Source: an uncultured Bacteriovoracaceae bacterium
GTDB taxonomy: Bacteria; Desulfobacterota; Desulfomonilia; UBA1062
Direction: 5' to 3'
DNA length: 45,000 nucleotides
NCBI GenBank assembly: GCA_964388905.1
Contig: CAYMDG010000004.1
Coordinates: 1-45,000, forward strand
Position 1 is the first letter of the stretch. Every line of letters begins with the position of its first letter. Below, piece after piece: positions 19,378 to 28,719 of this stretch. The position numbers were made by a program, and so were the translations under genes. The notes under the pieces are model-generated. The model had not been told where the DNA came from. It made no database searches and saw only the letters and a list, made by a program, of their open reading frames with translations.

Positions 19378-20235
19378 ATGAAGATTATGGATATTATCCA
19401 GAGCATTGCAGAATCAAAAATATCTGTAGCACTGTGTTCACTTTTAGGGCTGGTCTTCATTGCCTGTTATTACCCGACATTTCAATGGTTGAATTTTAAG
19501 TATCTGGGTCTGGATTCCTACTATTCGCATGGGTACCTCATCCCGTTTATTTCGGCTTACATGATTTACTGTAAGCGGGAAGATCTTAGCCATACCCAGC
19601 TTTCTGGGAGCCTTTCAGGTTTATGGATTATCACGTGCGCCCTCGCTATCCATATTTTCGGTGTACTTGGTGACATCCATTTCATCTCAGGCTTTTCCAT
19701 GATCCTCTATATTGCAGGCTGTTCGTTGTATCTTCTCGGGGCTGACTTTACGAAGAAGATTGCATATCCGATATGTTACCTCGTCCTCATGTGTCCTGTT
19801 CCCGATGCCTTTATCAATATTGTCGCCCTGCCTGCAAAATCACTGGCTACAACCCTATCACTATATATCATTGGATTCCTTGACATACCATTCATCAGGG
19901 AAGGATTCAGAATACAATTTGCAACCTCTTCATATGTCGTTGAAACCCCATGCAACGGGATGCGGTCTCTCATATCCTTCCTGGCTCTCGGTTTTCTCTT
20001 CCTCTATTTTATGAGGGCCAGGTTGTTGAAGAAAATTTTATTCCTTGCCATTATCCCTCCAATAGCAATCTTTCTCAATGGCATTCGGATCGCAATGCTG
20101 CTTTACATTGCCAATCGATATGGCCCGGCCGCCGCTTCTCCGGATAGTTATCTCCATGATGGTTCAGGAATGGTCGTCTTCATTGTCGGTTTTGCAGTGT
20201 TGATGATTGCATATAAATTATTTCATGAAGAATAA
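19378..20235 (+). CDS. exosortase (EpsH/XrtA-like transpeptidase)
   Basis: 285-aa polytopic ORF with the three exosortase signature blocks: Cys (VETPCNGMRSLISFLALG), P-x-A-x3-N-x2-R (PPIAIFLNGIRIAML) and H-x3-G (YLHDGSGMVVF). Followed by an EpsI gene and flanked by PEP-CTERM cargo genes. Confidence 0.88.
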   Translation: MKIMDIIQSIAESKISVALCSLLGLVFIACYYPTFQWLNFKYLGLDSYYSHGYLIPFISAYMIYCKREDLSHTQLSGSLSGLWIITCALAIHIFGVLGDIHFISGFSMILYIAGCSLYLLGADFTKKIAYPICYLVLMCPVPDAFINIVALPAKSLATTLSLYIIGFLDIPFIREGFRIQFATSSYVVETPCNGMRSLISFLALGFLFLYFMRARLLKKILFLAIIPPIAIFLNGIRIAMLLYIANRYGPAAASPDSYLHDGSGMVVFIVGFAVLMIAYKLFHEE

Positions 20236-20875
20236 TCTCTCTAACTATTTGATCGCCATTTTTCTAACGGCTGTTGCAGCAGTTGTTGTATTCCAGGCGA
20301 ATCGTATTGAACCGATCGAAAACAAGAGGCTATACGATTTCCCCCCTGTTATCGGCGAATGGAAGGCCCAAGAGATTGTCATGGATAAATATATTTATGA
20401 AAGTCTGGAAACGCCCTATGCTTTTCTCAGGGACTATTTTTCCAGCCGTTATCCTTATCCGGTGAATTTTTCCATAGTGTGGTTTGACGACCGGAACATA
20501 GCAATCCATGCGCCCGAATCATGCTTGGGAGGTGTTGGCAATTTTGTAAAGGAAAAGGGGACGGTACGGGTACGACTGGACCGGGAATATGATATCAATA
20601 AGCTCATGGTGGGGAACAACGGCACAAAGCAAGTAGTTCTCTATTTTTATGATGAAGATGGTTATATTACAACTAGCCAGTCATCCTTGCGATGGAGAGT
20701 GTTGCTTAAGAGGCTTCAGTTCAAGAGATCCAGTGTTTCATTCATTCGTCTGATGGCGCCTATCATCGGGAGTGAAGAGGAAACCATCAAGACCATGCAG
20801 GCTTTTCTGAACTCAGCGTATCCTTTCATTCCTGAATACACCTATACTGACAGAATAACCCGAATGAGACCATGA
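20225..20875 (+). CDS. epsI: EpsI-family exosortase-associated protein
   Basis: Start placed at ATG 20225, which overlaps the exosortase stop in ATGAAGAATAA (MKNNLSNYLIAIFLTAVAAVVVF). Single N-terminal TM helix followed by a ~190-aa periplasmic domain. Position and size fit EpsI. The family call rests mainly on context. Confidence 0.7.
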   Translation: MKNNLSNYLIAIFLTAVAAVVVFQANRIEPIENKRLYDFPPVIGEWKAQEIVMDKYIYESLETPYAFLRDYFSSRYPYPVNFSIVWFDDRNIAIHAPESCLGGVGNFVKEKGTVRVRLDREYDINKLMVGNNGTKQVVLYFYDEDGYITTSQSSLRWRVLLKRLQFKRSSVSFIRLMAPIIGSEEETIKTMQAFLNSAYPFIPEYTYTDRITRMRP

Positions 20876-20890
20876 AATGATGTCTGCGAG

Positions 20891-21451
20891 GTGAAGCCAA
20901 TGTTTCAAAGACTTTGGGATGCCTATTATGTTTTCATGAGGAAGAGGAGAGGTAAGTATATCGATGCCTTGATTCAAAACGGCCTCAAATTAGGAATGAA
21001 TGTAGAGATCATTGACACCTTTTTTTTTGATCCATCACATTGCTTCCTCATTTCAATCGGGGATAATTGCACGATCTGCCCGAATGTTCGTCTGATTGCC
21101 CATGATGCCAGTACCAAAAAATTTCTCGGTTATACAAAGATCGGAAAGATAACGATAAAAGAAAATTGCTTTCTCGGTGACTCTGTTATCGTGCTGCCTA
21201 ATGTTACCATCGGCCCTAATGCTATTGTCGGTGCCGGATCTGTAGTGACAGGCGATATTCCCTCTCATGCTGTTGCAGCAGGGAATCCTGCAAGAGTGAT
21301 TAACACCATTGATGACTATCTTGAAAAGGTCAAATCCTTGGGCAGTGGTAAAAGAATCTTTAATGATAATTATCTTATCCACAGACTTGATGAGTGGAAA
21401 AGGCAGGAAGTCATAGAATCAGTCGGAGATTCCATCGGATTCATCGTTTGA
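20891..21451 (+). CDS. hexapeptide-repeat (left-handed beta-helix) O-acetyltransferase
   Basis: 186 aa. ISIGDNCTICPNVRLIAHD ... ITIKENCFLGDSVIVLPNVTIGPNAIVGAGSVVTGDIPSHAVAAGNPARVI is a typical maltose/galactoside acetyltransferase-like LbH. Start is GTG 20891 or ATG 20900. Confidence 0.85.
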   Translation: MKPMFQRLWDAYYVFMRKRRGKYIDALIQNGLKLGMNVEIIDTFFFDPSHCFLISIGDNCTICPNVRLIAHDASTKKFLGYTKIGKITIKENCFLGDSVIVLPNVTIGPNAIVGAGSVVTGDIPSHAVAAGNPARVINTIDDYLEKVKSLGSGKRIFNDNYLIHRLDEWKRQEVIESVGDSIGFIV

Positions 21452-21489
21452 CGGATTTCTGGTCAGAAAAAAGCGGGGAGATATGCAGG

Positions 21490-22218
21490 ATGTCCTTTGA
21501 TAGAGTTATGGATAAAGTGAGGCAGAGATCTACGCCTTTTTATGCGTTCCTGTACGATAGCTATAAGAGCCTCCAACAGACCTCAGTCCCCATCCCTAAA
21601 AAAATTGCAAGGTTTTTCTATGTTGAAAGGGAGATCAGGCATAATCTTATCTATTGGTTCACCAACAAGTTTTATTTCGAACCTATGCTGAGGAATCGAT
21701 GCGTTTCAGTGGGAAAGAACTTGAGGACTGATGGGGACATGCCCCTCATATCAGGCAGCGGAAGGATCATACTTGGGGACAATGTTAAAATTGGTAACCG
21801 TAATGCTTGGATCCTTTCGCCTAACCTCTACGAATGTCCTGAACTCATCATCGGTGATAATACCGTGATCAACTATCAGGTGGGTATCAGTGTGGAATGC
21901 AAGGTGGAGATAGGTGATAGTTGTGTGATCGCAGGTGAAAACATGATCTTCGACAACAACAGCCATTCAATCTTATATACAAACAAACGAAAAATGACAA
22001 AAGAAGATGTTGGCCCCATAAAGATCGATGATCATGTCTGGATTGGGATGCGTTCAATGATCCTGAAGGGTGTGACTATAGGCAAGGGTTCGGTAGTGGC
22101 TGCAGGGTCTGTAGTAACAAAAGATGTTCCTCCCATGACTCTTGTGGGAGGCAATCCGGCTCGTGTGATTAAAAAGATTGAGCTGCCCGAATGTTCTACA
22201 ATTAACAAAACATATTAA
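21490..22218 (+). CDS. hexapeptide-repeat (left-handed beta-helix) acetyltransferase
   Basis: The tracked ORF begins at 21394 inside the previous gene. I use ATG 21490, which follows a GCGGGGAG SD. LbH repeats: IIGDNTVINYQVGISVECKVEIGDSCVIAGENMIFDNNSH ... VWIGMRSMILKGVTIGKGSVVAAGSVVTKDVPPMTLVGGNPARVI. Confidence 0.85.
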   Translation: MSFDRVMDKVRQRSTPFYAFLYDSYKSLQQTSVPIPKKIARFFYVEREIRHNLIYWFTNKFYFEPMLRNRCVSVGKNLRTDGDMPLISGSGRIILGDNVKIGNRNAWILSPNLYECPELIIGDNTVINYQVGISVECKVEIGDSCVIAGENMIFDNNSHSILYTNKRKMTKEDVGPIKIDDHVWIGMRSMILKGVTIGKGSVVAAGSVVTKDVPPMTLVGGNPARVIKKIELPECSTINKTY

Positions 22219-22223
22219 GATCA

Positions 22224-23243
22224 ATGACAAAATTTATAATCGAAAAAGTTGATCCGTGGGATTACAAAGAAAAGATTGTCCAATTCTGGTTGGATAATCT
22301 TCCAGGCACCCCGATTAAACGATTTGAATGGCTTGTTCAAGGCAATCCGGCAGGCCCTGCTGTATGGTTAATTGCCTTCGACGATATTTCAAAGAACATA
22401 GCAGGAATGATCTCAATATTGCCAAAAGAACTGAAGTCTGGAGGGCAGACTGTCCGCGCAGGTATTCTTGGGGACTTCATGGTAGATCAGAAATATCGGG
22501 TACTGGGTCCAACGTTCATTCTTTTAAAGGCTGCCTTGAAAACCATTTCTGAGTTGGGTCTTGTTTTTATCTATACCGTACCAAACTCACAGTCGGAAAA
22601 ACTGATAAAACATGCAGGGTTCAAGGAAGTGGGGCGTCTCTTCTATCTAGCAAAGCCCCTCAGGATACATAATTATCTTAAGAAACATGTGGAACCGATT
22701 TCGGCCAGGATCATAGGCCGTATTGTTGAGCTAGGGATCAAAATGTTGTCCAGAGAGACATATTATCCTTCTCAAGGCGTTATTGAAGAAGTGAATATTG
22801 TTGATGAGTCTTTTGATGGCCTTTCAGATAAGTTTATTACATCCGAGTGCGGAATATGCGGCAACCATACCAAAGAATATCTGACATGGAGGTATTTAAA
22901 GAACCCGCATTTTGTATTCCGGATAGCAGCATTCAAGGACTCAGAAGGCAGACTGCATGGGTATATAGTCTATATACTTGATGGGAACCGTATTGATATT
23001 TTCGATATTGTTGCCATGAAGAATGCAGTTGTACAACAGTTGATCAGATATGTGACAGAGGTTGGCCGACATGCCGAATGCAAATCTGTCTATATCACAA
23101 TCGGCCCCACAAGCCCCTGGCTTGGCGTATTAAAGTGGAACCTTTTTTTCGACACCAAGTTTGATATGAAGCTGTATTCGTTCGGTAATGATGAGCTGAT
23201 GAAGAAAGAATGGTGTTTTTTTGCCGGGGATCGGAATATCTAG
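22224..23243 (+). CDS. GNAT-superfamily acyltransferase (two-domain, FemAB/BioF2-like size)
   Basis: 339 aa. GNAT motif-A-like GILGDFMVDQKYRVLGPTFILLKAAL. The C-terminal half is also GNAT-like in length. The precise subfamily was not recognised. Confidence 0.6.
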   Translation: MTKFIIEKVDPWDYKEKIVQFWLDNLPGTPIKRFEWLVQGNPAGPAVWLIAFDDISKNIAGMISILPKELKSGGQTVRAGILGDFMVDQKYRVLGPTFILLKAALKTISELGLVFIYTVPNSQSEKLIKHAGFKEVGRLFYLAKPLRIHNYLKKHVEPISARIIGRIVELGIKMLSRETYYPSQGVIEEVNIVDESFDGLSDKFITSECGICGNHTKEYLTWRYLKNPHFVFRIAAFKDSEGRLHGYIVYILDGNRIDIFDIVAMKNAVVQQLIRYVTEVGRHAECKSVYITIGPTSPWLGVLKWNLFFDTKFDMKLYSFGNDELMKKEWCFFAGDRNI

Positions 23244-23286
23244 AGGCCTTTTAAAGCGTTGAGTAAATCTTCATAACTTTATACAA

Positions 23287-24726
23287 ATGAAGGAATTCTC
23301 TATCCTCAAGAATACGAGTTTTCTCATGGCGGGGACCCTTATTCAACGTTTCCTGTCGTTCTTTACAGCGATCCTTATTACCCGCTACCTCGGTCCTAAG
23401 GATTATGGCCAATACACATTTGTCATAGCATTTGTCACCATAGTAGCAGTTGTCTGGGATTTCGGACTGTATACACTCTATGTCAGGGACGTATCACGCG
23501 ATAAAAGCATTGCCGCGAAGTATGCAGGTAATGTCATCTCTCTCAAGACAGTACTTTTTATCGCGATCTTCCCAGCTATGCTGCTTTATCTGAAGTTGCT
23601 CGGATACAGTCCCGAAGTAACCAAGTCCTTGATAATATTTGCTGTAGGTACCTTCATCTATTCAATCTACTCGGTTGTCGAAGCGGTTTTTTCATCCTGG
23701 AAAAGGATGGATTATTCTGCCCTGCTCAATGTTGTAAGATCAATACTGCTTCTGCTCCTGGTGATAGTTATTGTAAACATCACCGGAGGAGTTCTCGAAA
23801 TAATATTTTGTTATTTTGCCTCATTTCTCATAACCTTCATCATTTCTCTTGTCATTCTCAAAAGATCATTTGTTCTTCCCGATTTTCGCAGTGTCAGCGC
23901 ATCGAACCTCTTTCGACTTGTTACAGGGGCAGTGCCCTTTTTTATGGCATCAATGCTCAGTATTATCCTGTTCAAGATAGATCACCTTATGATCTCTAAG
24001 ATGTCAGGCGATATTCAGCTAGGTCTTTACGGATCTGCATACACTTTATTGGAAATTATCATCGCATTCTTCCCTATGATGATCATGAGATCATCTTTCC
24101 CGGTACTCTGTGACAAGTATCACAATGATCAGCCTGGTATGATTGATCTCTACAAGAAACTACTCAAAACATTTCTTATAGTTGGCCTGCCCATTAGTGC
24201 TGGGTGTTTCTTTCTCGGCAATGAGGTCATAACGGTCCTTTTCGGTAGAGATTATTTCGAGGCTGGTATTCTCCTATCTGTTTTGGGAATCTCCATTTGG
24301 GTCTTCTTTCTTACCAACCTGATGGGGTGGACGATCGTTGCCATAAACAGACAAGTTCTGGTTATGATCTCAATTATGATCGCCATGGCAATAAATATTG
24401 TTCTTAACCTCTTTCTTATCCCGATAATGGGAGCCCTTGGATCAGCGTATGCAACGCTGGTATGCGAAATGATGCAGCTTCTCTTCATGACAATTGTTAT
24501 AAGGAAGGTTCTTTCTGTATCACTCGAATTCATATATCTAAAGATCATCATCTGCACCGTTATCATGTCATTGTTTATTATAGTAATGAAACAGTTCAGC
24601 ATATTTAATGACATCGTAAAGCTCGTGGTAATCATTCCAGCAAGCGCCTTCATATACTTAGTGTTCTGTATCATATTGAAGATAGTTCGGGTTGAAGAGA
24701 TGAGGCAACTTCTGAGAACCTGGTGA
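23287..24726 (+). CDS. wzx: Wzx-type oligosaccharide flippase (MOP/polysaccharide biosynthesis protein family)
   Basis: 479 aa with ~12-14 predicted TM helices. N-terminal KNTSFLMAGTLIQRFLSFFTAILITRYLGPKDYGQY is typical of the Polysacc_synt family. Confidence 0.82.
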   Translation: MKEFSILKNTSFLMAGTLIQRFLSFFTAILITRYLGPKDYGQYTFVIAFVTIVAVVWDFGLYTLYVRDVSRDKSIAAKYAGNVISLKTVLFIAIFPAMLLYLKLLGYSPEVTKSLIIFAVGTFIYSIYSVVEAVFSSWKRMDYSALLNVVRSILLLLLVIVIVNITGGVLEIIFCYFASFLITFIISLVILKRSFVLPDFRSVSASNLFRLVTGAVPFFMASMLSIILFKIDHLMISKMSGDIQLGLYGSAYTLLEIIIAFFPMMIMRSSFPVLCDKYHNDQPGMIDLYKKLLKTFLIVGLPISAGCFFLGNEVITVLFGRDYFEAGILLSVLGISIWVFFLTNLMGWTIVAINRQVLVMISIMIAMAINIVLNLFLIPIMGALGSAYATLVCEMMQLLFMTIVIRKVLSVSLEFIYLKIIICTVIMSLFIIVMKQFSIFNDIVKLVVIIPASAFIYLVFCIILKIVRVEEMRQLLRTW

Positions 24727-25316
24727 AACAAACTTCCATGGATGAGAAGGCTATCGTACCCAAAGGGAAGAATGTGCTCAAGCAGACCCACGACACGATG
24801 TCGTATCTCTTCAACAAGGTCTTAAAAGGTAGCATTCATGTGGACTTTACATGCATCCACAGTATTCATTTCATCTGTTCAGGGAATATCTGCAGGAGCG
24901 CATTTGCAGAACATTATGCCAGGAAGGTTTTCCGGAACAAGGGCCTCAAAGTGAATGTCTCATCCAGCGGGTTGGTGGCCAAACAGGAAGATGTTGTTCC
25001 GGAGAATGCAATTATTACTGCCAGTATGTATGACATAGACTTGAGCAGCCACAAGCCAAGAAAAACAGATCTGGAGATGATGGAAAAGTCATCCCTGATA
25101 GCTGGCATGCATTACTTTCATTATCAAGAACTTATAAAGCGATATTATCCTCTCCGGGAGAGGTGCTATCTGCTAAAGCACCTCGTATGGCCTGCATATC
25201 TTTTCATGAACATCAATGATCCCTATGGCAGGGACTTGGGAGCGTTTATCAGGACCTTTCATGAAATTCAGAATAGCATTGATTTGATAGGCCGGAGAAT
25301 CGAATTGAGAACCTGA
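24723..25316 (+). CDS. low-molecular-weight protein-tyrosine phosphatase (with unusual ~45-aa N-terminal extension)
   Basis: CX5R(S) P-loop FICSGNICRSAFAEHYARK and the Asp loop INDPYG. The start is ambiguous among GTG 24723 (overlapping the wzx stop), ATG 24738 and ATG 24798. Confidence 0.82.
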   Translation: MKQTSMDEKAIVPKGKNVLKQTHDTMSYLFNKVLKGSIHVDFTCIHSIHFICSGNICRSAFAEHYARKVFRNKGLKVNVSSSGLVAKQEDVVPENAIITASMYDIDLSSHKPRKTDLEMMEKSSLIAGMHYFHYQELIKRYYPLRERCYLLKHLVWPAYLFMNINDPYGRDLGAFIRTFHEIQNSIDLIGRRIELRT

Positions 25317-25345
25317 ATGGCACTCACTATGAATATGGAGAAAGC

Positions 25346-26482
25346 ATGAGAGAAAAGCTTCGGGTAATGCAGATTACAAACAACCTGGGTATCGGGGGAT
25401 TGGAAAGGGTAGTTGTAAACCTATGCAGGCATCTGGACAGGGAACGGTTTGATGTATCTGCATGTTGTCTGAATTTTCGTGGACCGTTTGCCGAGGAACT
25501 TGAGAGAGATGGTATTACTGTTTATCTAACACCCCATAAAACGGACAGAACAGATTATACGGTTTTTTGGAACCTCAAGGGTATCTTGAAGGAAACTCGT
25601 CCCGATATTGTACACACGCACAATACCAATGCCTTATTTGATGGCTTCCTGGCATCTGTTCTAGCGTGTGTCCCTTTAAAGATCCATACCGATCATGCAC
25701 GGAGATTCCCAGACAAAATTCGTTATATGCTCACTGAGGGCATCCTCGGTCTGTTCTTGGATCATGTTGTGGCTGTTTCGGAAGAGACTCGGCAGAATCT
25801 TATCCGCTACGAAAAAATATCAGGGAAAAAGATCACTGTGGTTAACAATGGGATCGATGGAAGCAGGTACGATATCAGTATTGATGTGAATAAGAAAAAG
25901 AAAGATTTGGGTCTTAAGTCCTTTAAAAATATCATTGGACTAGGTGTGAGGTTGACTCACCAGAAGGGGATCACCCACCTTATTCATGCAGCTCCAGAGA
26001 TATTGCACAATCATCCGGATACCGCTTTCGTCATTGCAGGAGACGGTTATTTAATGCCTGAATTGAAAACAGCAGCGAAGAGCCTGAGAGTTGAGGATAA
26101 ATTCTTCTTTCTTGGACCACGGCTTGATCTCCCGGAGATCCTGCAGGTAATGGATGTTTATGTGCTCCCTTCAGAATGGGAGGGGCTGCCATTGGTAATT
26201 CTTGAGGCCATGGCCGCCAGGAGGGCCATTGTTGCAACCGAGGTAGGTGGGAACTCAGCTGCTATTGAACATGGAAAATCCGGATACCTTGTGCCTCCAA
26301 AAGATCCGGCGGCCCTAGCAGAAATGGTGTGCGACCTCCTTTCTGACCCTGAAAAAAGGGAACGGTTTTCAAGTGCCGCGCAAAAGAAGTTTTATACATC
26401 CTTTGAGGTAAAGCACATGGCACATGAATATGAGCAAATCTACCTGAGGCTTGCACGTGATAAGGGTCTTGTGAAACCTTGA
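25346..26482 (+). CDS. family-4 (GT-B) glycosyltransferase
   Basis: 378 aa. N-terminal NNLGIGGLERVV and the E-x7-E region PSEWEGLPLVILEAMAARRAIVATEVGG. Confidence 0.88.
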   Translation: MREKLRVMQITNNLGIGGLERVVVNLCRHLDRERFDVSACCLNFRGPFAEELERDGITVYLTPHKTDRTDYTVFWNLKGILKETRPDIVHTHNTNALFDGFLASVLACVPLKIHTDHARRFPDKIRYMLTEGILGLFLDHVVAVSEETRQNLIRYEKISGKKITVVNNGIDGSRYDISIDVNKKKKDLGLKSFKNIIGLGVRLTHQKGITHLIHAAPEILHNHPDTAFVIAGDGYLMPELKTAAKSLRVEDKFFFLGPRLDLPEILQVMDVYVLPSEWEGLPLVILEAMAARRAIVATEVGGNSAAIEHGKSGYLVPPKDPAALAEMVCDLLSDPEKRERFSSAAQKKFYTSFEVKHMAHEYEQIYLRLARDKGLVKP

Positions 26483-27663
26483 AAAAAAAGACAGTTCTCA
26501 TTCTGGACGGTGAACAGCGTGCTGCGCTTGCTAGCACCAGATCACTCGGGAAAAGAAGCATACGAGTAATTGTAGGATCATCTTTACCATCATCACTTGC
26601 CGGTTCTTCACGGTATGCCGCAGGCCAGAACGTTTATCATGATCCTTTTCATTCACCTGATGAGTTTATTGAAGACCTCAAGGATATCATCCAAAGGTAT
26701 AATATCAGTATACTCCTGCCTGTAACGGACATCACCATGTACCATGTCTTAAGAAATTCTGACACCTTCTCACAAGTGACTCTTCCCTTTGCTTCGTTTG
26801 AACAGTATTTAAAGGCGTCAAACAAGATTGGACTCATCAGAATAGCCCAAGATCTGGGTGTTCCAGTTCCCCAGACTATCTTTGTAGATGATACTCGAAA
26901 CATGGATCATATCTTTCCGGAAGTTACATACCCGGCTGTCTTGAAGCCTCAGGCATCCCTTATAGAACATAATGGTGTGATCATCAAAACAACGGTTAAG
27001 ATAGTCAGAAATTTACAGGAGCTTAAAAATGCTTTAGGTGATCTCATGGCATTCCGGCACCCATTTATGATCCAGGAGATGGTGAATGGAGAAGGAGAGG
27101 GGATCTTTGCTCTCTTTCATGAGGGCAAACCACAGGTGGCATTCAGTCACCGGAGAATTCGGGAGAAACCTCCGTGGGGCGGTGTTAGTGCGATCAGCGA
27201 AAGTAAAGTGCCCGATCCTGAGGTCAAGGATTATGCCTTCCGACTCCTTGAAAGCCTCAAATGGGAAGGCCCGGCTATGGTCGAATTCAAGATCGACCGG
27301 AGACGGGGTGTCCCTGTACTCATGGAAATCAACGCTCGGTTCTGGGGATCGCTTCAGCTGGCTATCGATGCCGGTATAGATTTCCCCTATCTTCTTTACC
27401 TCCAGGCCATTGGAGAGCACTACGATCCGATAAGCTCTTACCGGCAAACCCGTCTTAGGTGGCTCTTGGGCGATATTGATAACCTCTATATCACTCTCAA
27501 GACTTCCCGTGAAAGGCTACCGCAGGAATATCATAATAAGCTCAAGGTCGTATGTAATTTTATCAAGGAATTTGCCGGACCGGCTCGTTTGGAAGTTCTC
27601 AGGAGAGACGATTTTATGCCATTCATCTGGGAACTGAGGAAATACATTAAGGACCTCTGTTAG
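26479..27663 (+). CDS. ATP-grasp-fold carboxylate-amine ligase
   Basis: 394 aa with a TTG start overlapping the previous stop. Pre-ATP-grasp N-terminus TVLILDGEQRAALASTRSLGKRSIRVIV. Catalytic region GPAMVEFKIDRRRGVPVLMEINARFWGS. Confidence 0.8.
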   Translation: MKKKTVLILDGEQRAALASTRSLGKRSIRVIVGSSLPSSLAGSSRYAAGQNVYHDPFHSPDEFIEDLKDIIQRYNISILLPVTDITMYHVLRNSDTFSQVTLPFASFEQYLKASNKIGLIRIAQDLGVPVPQTIFVDDTRNMDHIFPEVTYPAVLKPQASLIEHNGVIIKTTVKIVRNLQELKNALGDLMAFRHPFMIQEMVNGEGEGIFALFHEGKPQVAFSHRRIREKPPWGGVSAISESKVPDPEVKDYAFRLLESLKWEGPAMVEFKIDRRRGVPVLMEINARFWGSLQLAIDAGIDFPYLLYLQAIGEHYDPISSYRQTRLRWLLGDIDNLYITLKTSRERLPQEYHNKLKVVCNFIKEFAGPARLEVLRRDDFMPFIWELRKYIKDLC

Positions 27664-27678
27664 AGTAAAATAACAGGC

Positions 27679-28692
27679 ATGGATACTATTGCCATCAAGA
27701 AGTCAGTTGCCTTTCCTCTATTCCATTTAGGGATTACAAAGAGGCTTTCCCGCGGACTTAGAGATAGCGTAATAGTAGCATACCATCATGTAATTCCAGA
27801 AAATGATGATTCCATTTCTTTCCTCCAGTCAGGAATGTATGTGACGACAAAGACATTTGAAAGGCACATCCGCTACTTGTCAAGGAATTACAACATCATC
27901 CCATTGGATAATATTGGTGACCTACAGATCGAGAATGCCTGTGTTATCACCTTTGATGATGGATGGGCGGATAACCATCACCATGCCTTCCCCATCTTGA
28001 AGCATTACAATGCCCCTTCAACGGTTTTCCTTTCGACAAGATTCATGGACTTAGGTGAATGGCCCTGGCCGGATCGGGTGAGCTACTATGCAGCACATGC
28101 ACCAGAAACCAGGTTCAAAGAGATGGTGAGAATTTTGATGAAAGGGGTAGAGGCATCCCGACATTATGAACATATTTTAACCCTCAAGCGCGATATGGCT
28201 GCTGAGGAACTCATCGCTCAGTTAAAGGGTATCCCCTTTGAGAAGCTTATGGATAGCATGGCTAACTTGGACTTCATACTCCGTTCCTTGCATGAAAATC
28301 TTCAAGCAAAAAGAGTCTGGATGACATGGGATGAGGTCAGGGAGTTGTATCAGGGAGGCGTTTCTTTCGGCGCACATACCCATAACCATGTCATTCTTAC
28401 GAACTGCTCTCAAGAAGAGGCTGAGCAAGAGATCGTCTCTTCAAGGGATGTACTGTCTGAACGTCTTGGTGAACCGGTGAGGATGTTCAGCTTCCCAAAT
28501 GGCGATTATCATAAACAGCATGTAGATATACTGAAGCGTCATAAGTTCACTCATGCCGTGACTACAAGGGCGGGGGTCCTCCGGGATTCCGATGATCTCT
28601 TTACGATGAGAAGGTTCATGATCCATGACGATATGACAAGGACCATACCCATGCTTGCATGCAAGCTTACCGACAGAATACCTTATTTCTGA
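27679..28692 (+). CDS. polysaccharide deacetylase (NodB homology / CE4 family)
   Basis: 337 aa. NodB motif 1 VITFDDGWADNHHHAFPIL and the His motif GAHTHNHV. Confidence 0.85.
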   Translation: MDTIAIKKSVAFPLFHLGITKRLSRGLRDSVIVAYHHVIPENDDSISFLQSGMYVTTKTFERHIRYLSRNYNIIPLDNIGDLQIENACVITFDDGWADNHHHAFPILKHYNAPSTVFLSTRFMDLGEWPWPDRVSYYAAHAPETRFKEMVRILMKGVEASRHYEHILTLKRDMAAEELIAQLKGIPFEKLMDSMANLDFILRSLHENLQAKRVWMTWDEVRELYQGGVSFGAHTHNHVILTNCSQEEAEQEIVSSRDVLSERLGEPVRMFSFPNGDYHKQHVDILKRHKFTHAVTTRAGVLRDSDDLFTMRRFMIHDDMTRTIPMLACKLTDRIPYF

Positions 28693-28719
28693 TCTCATGT
28701 TGAATCGAGGAATATTGCT

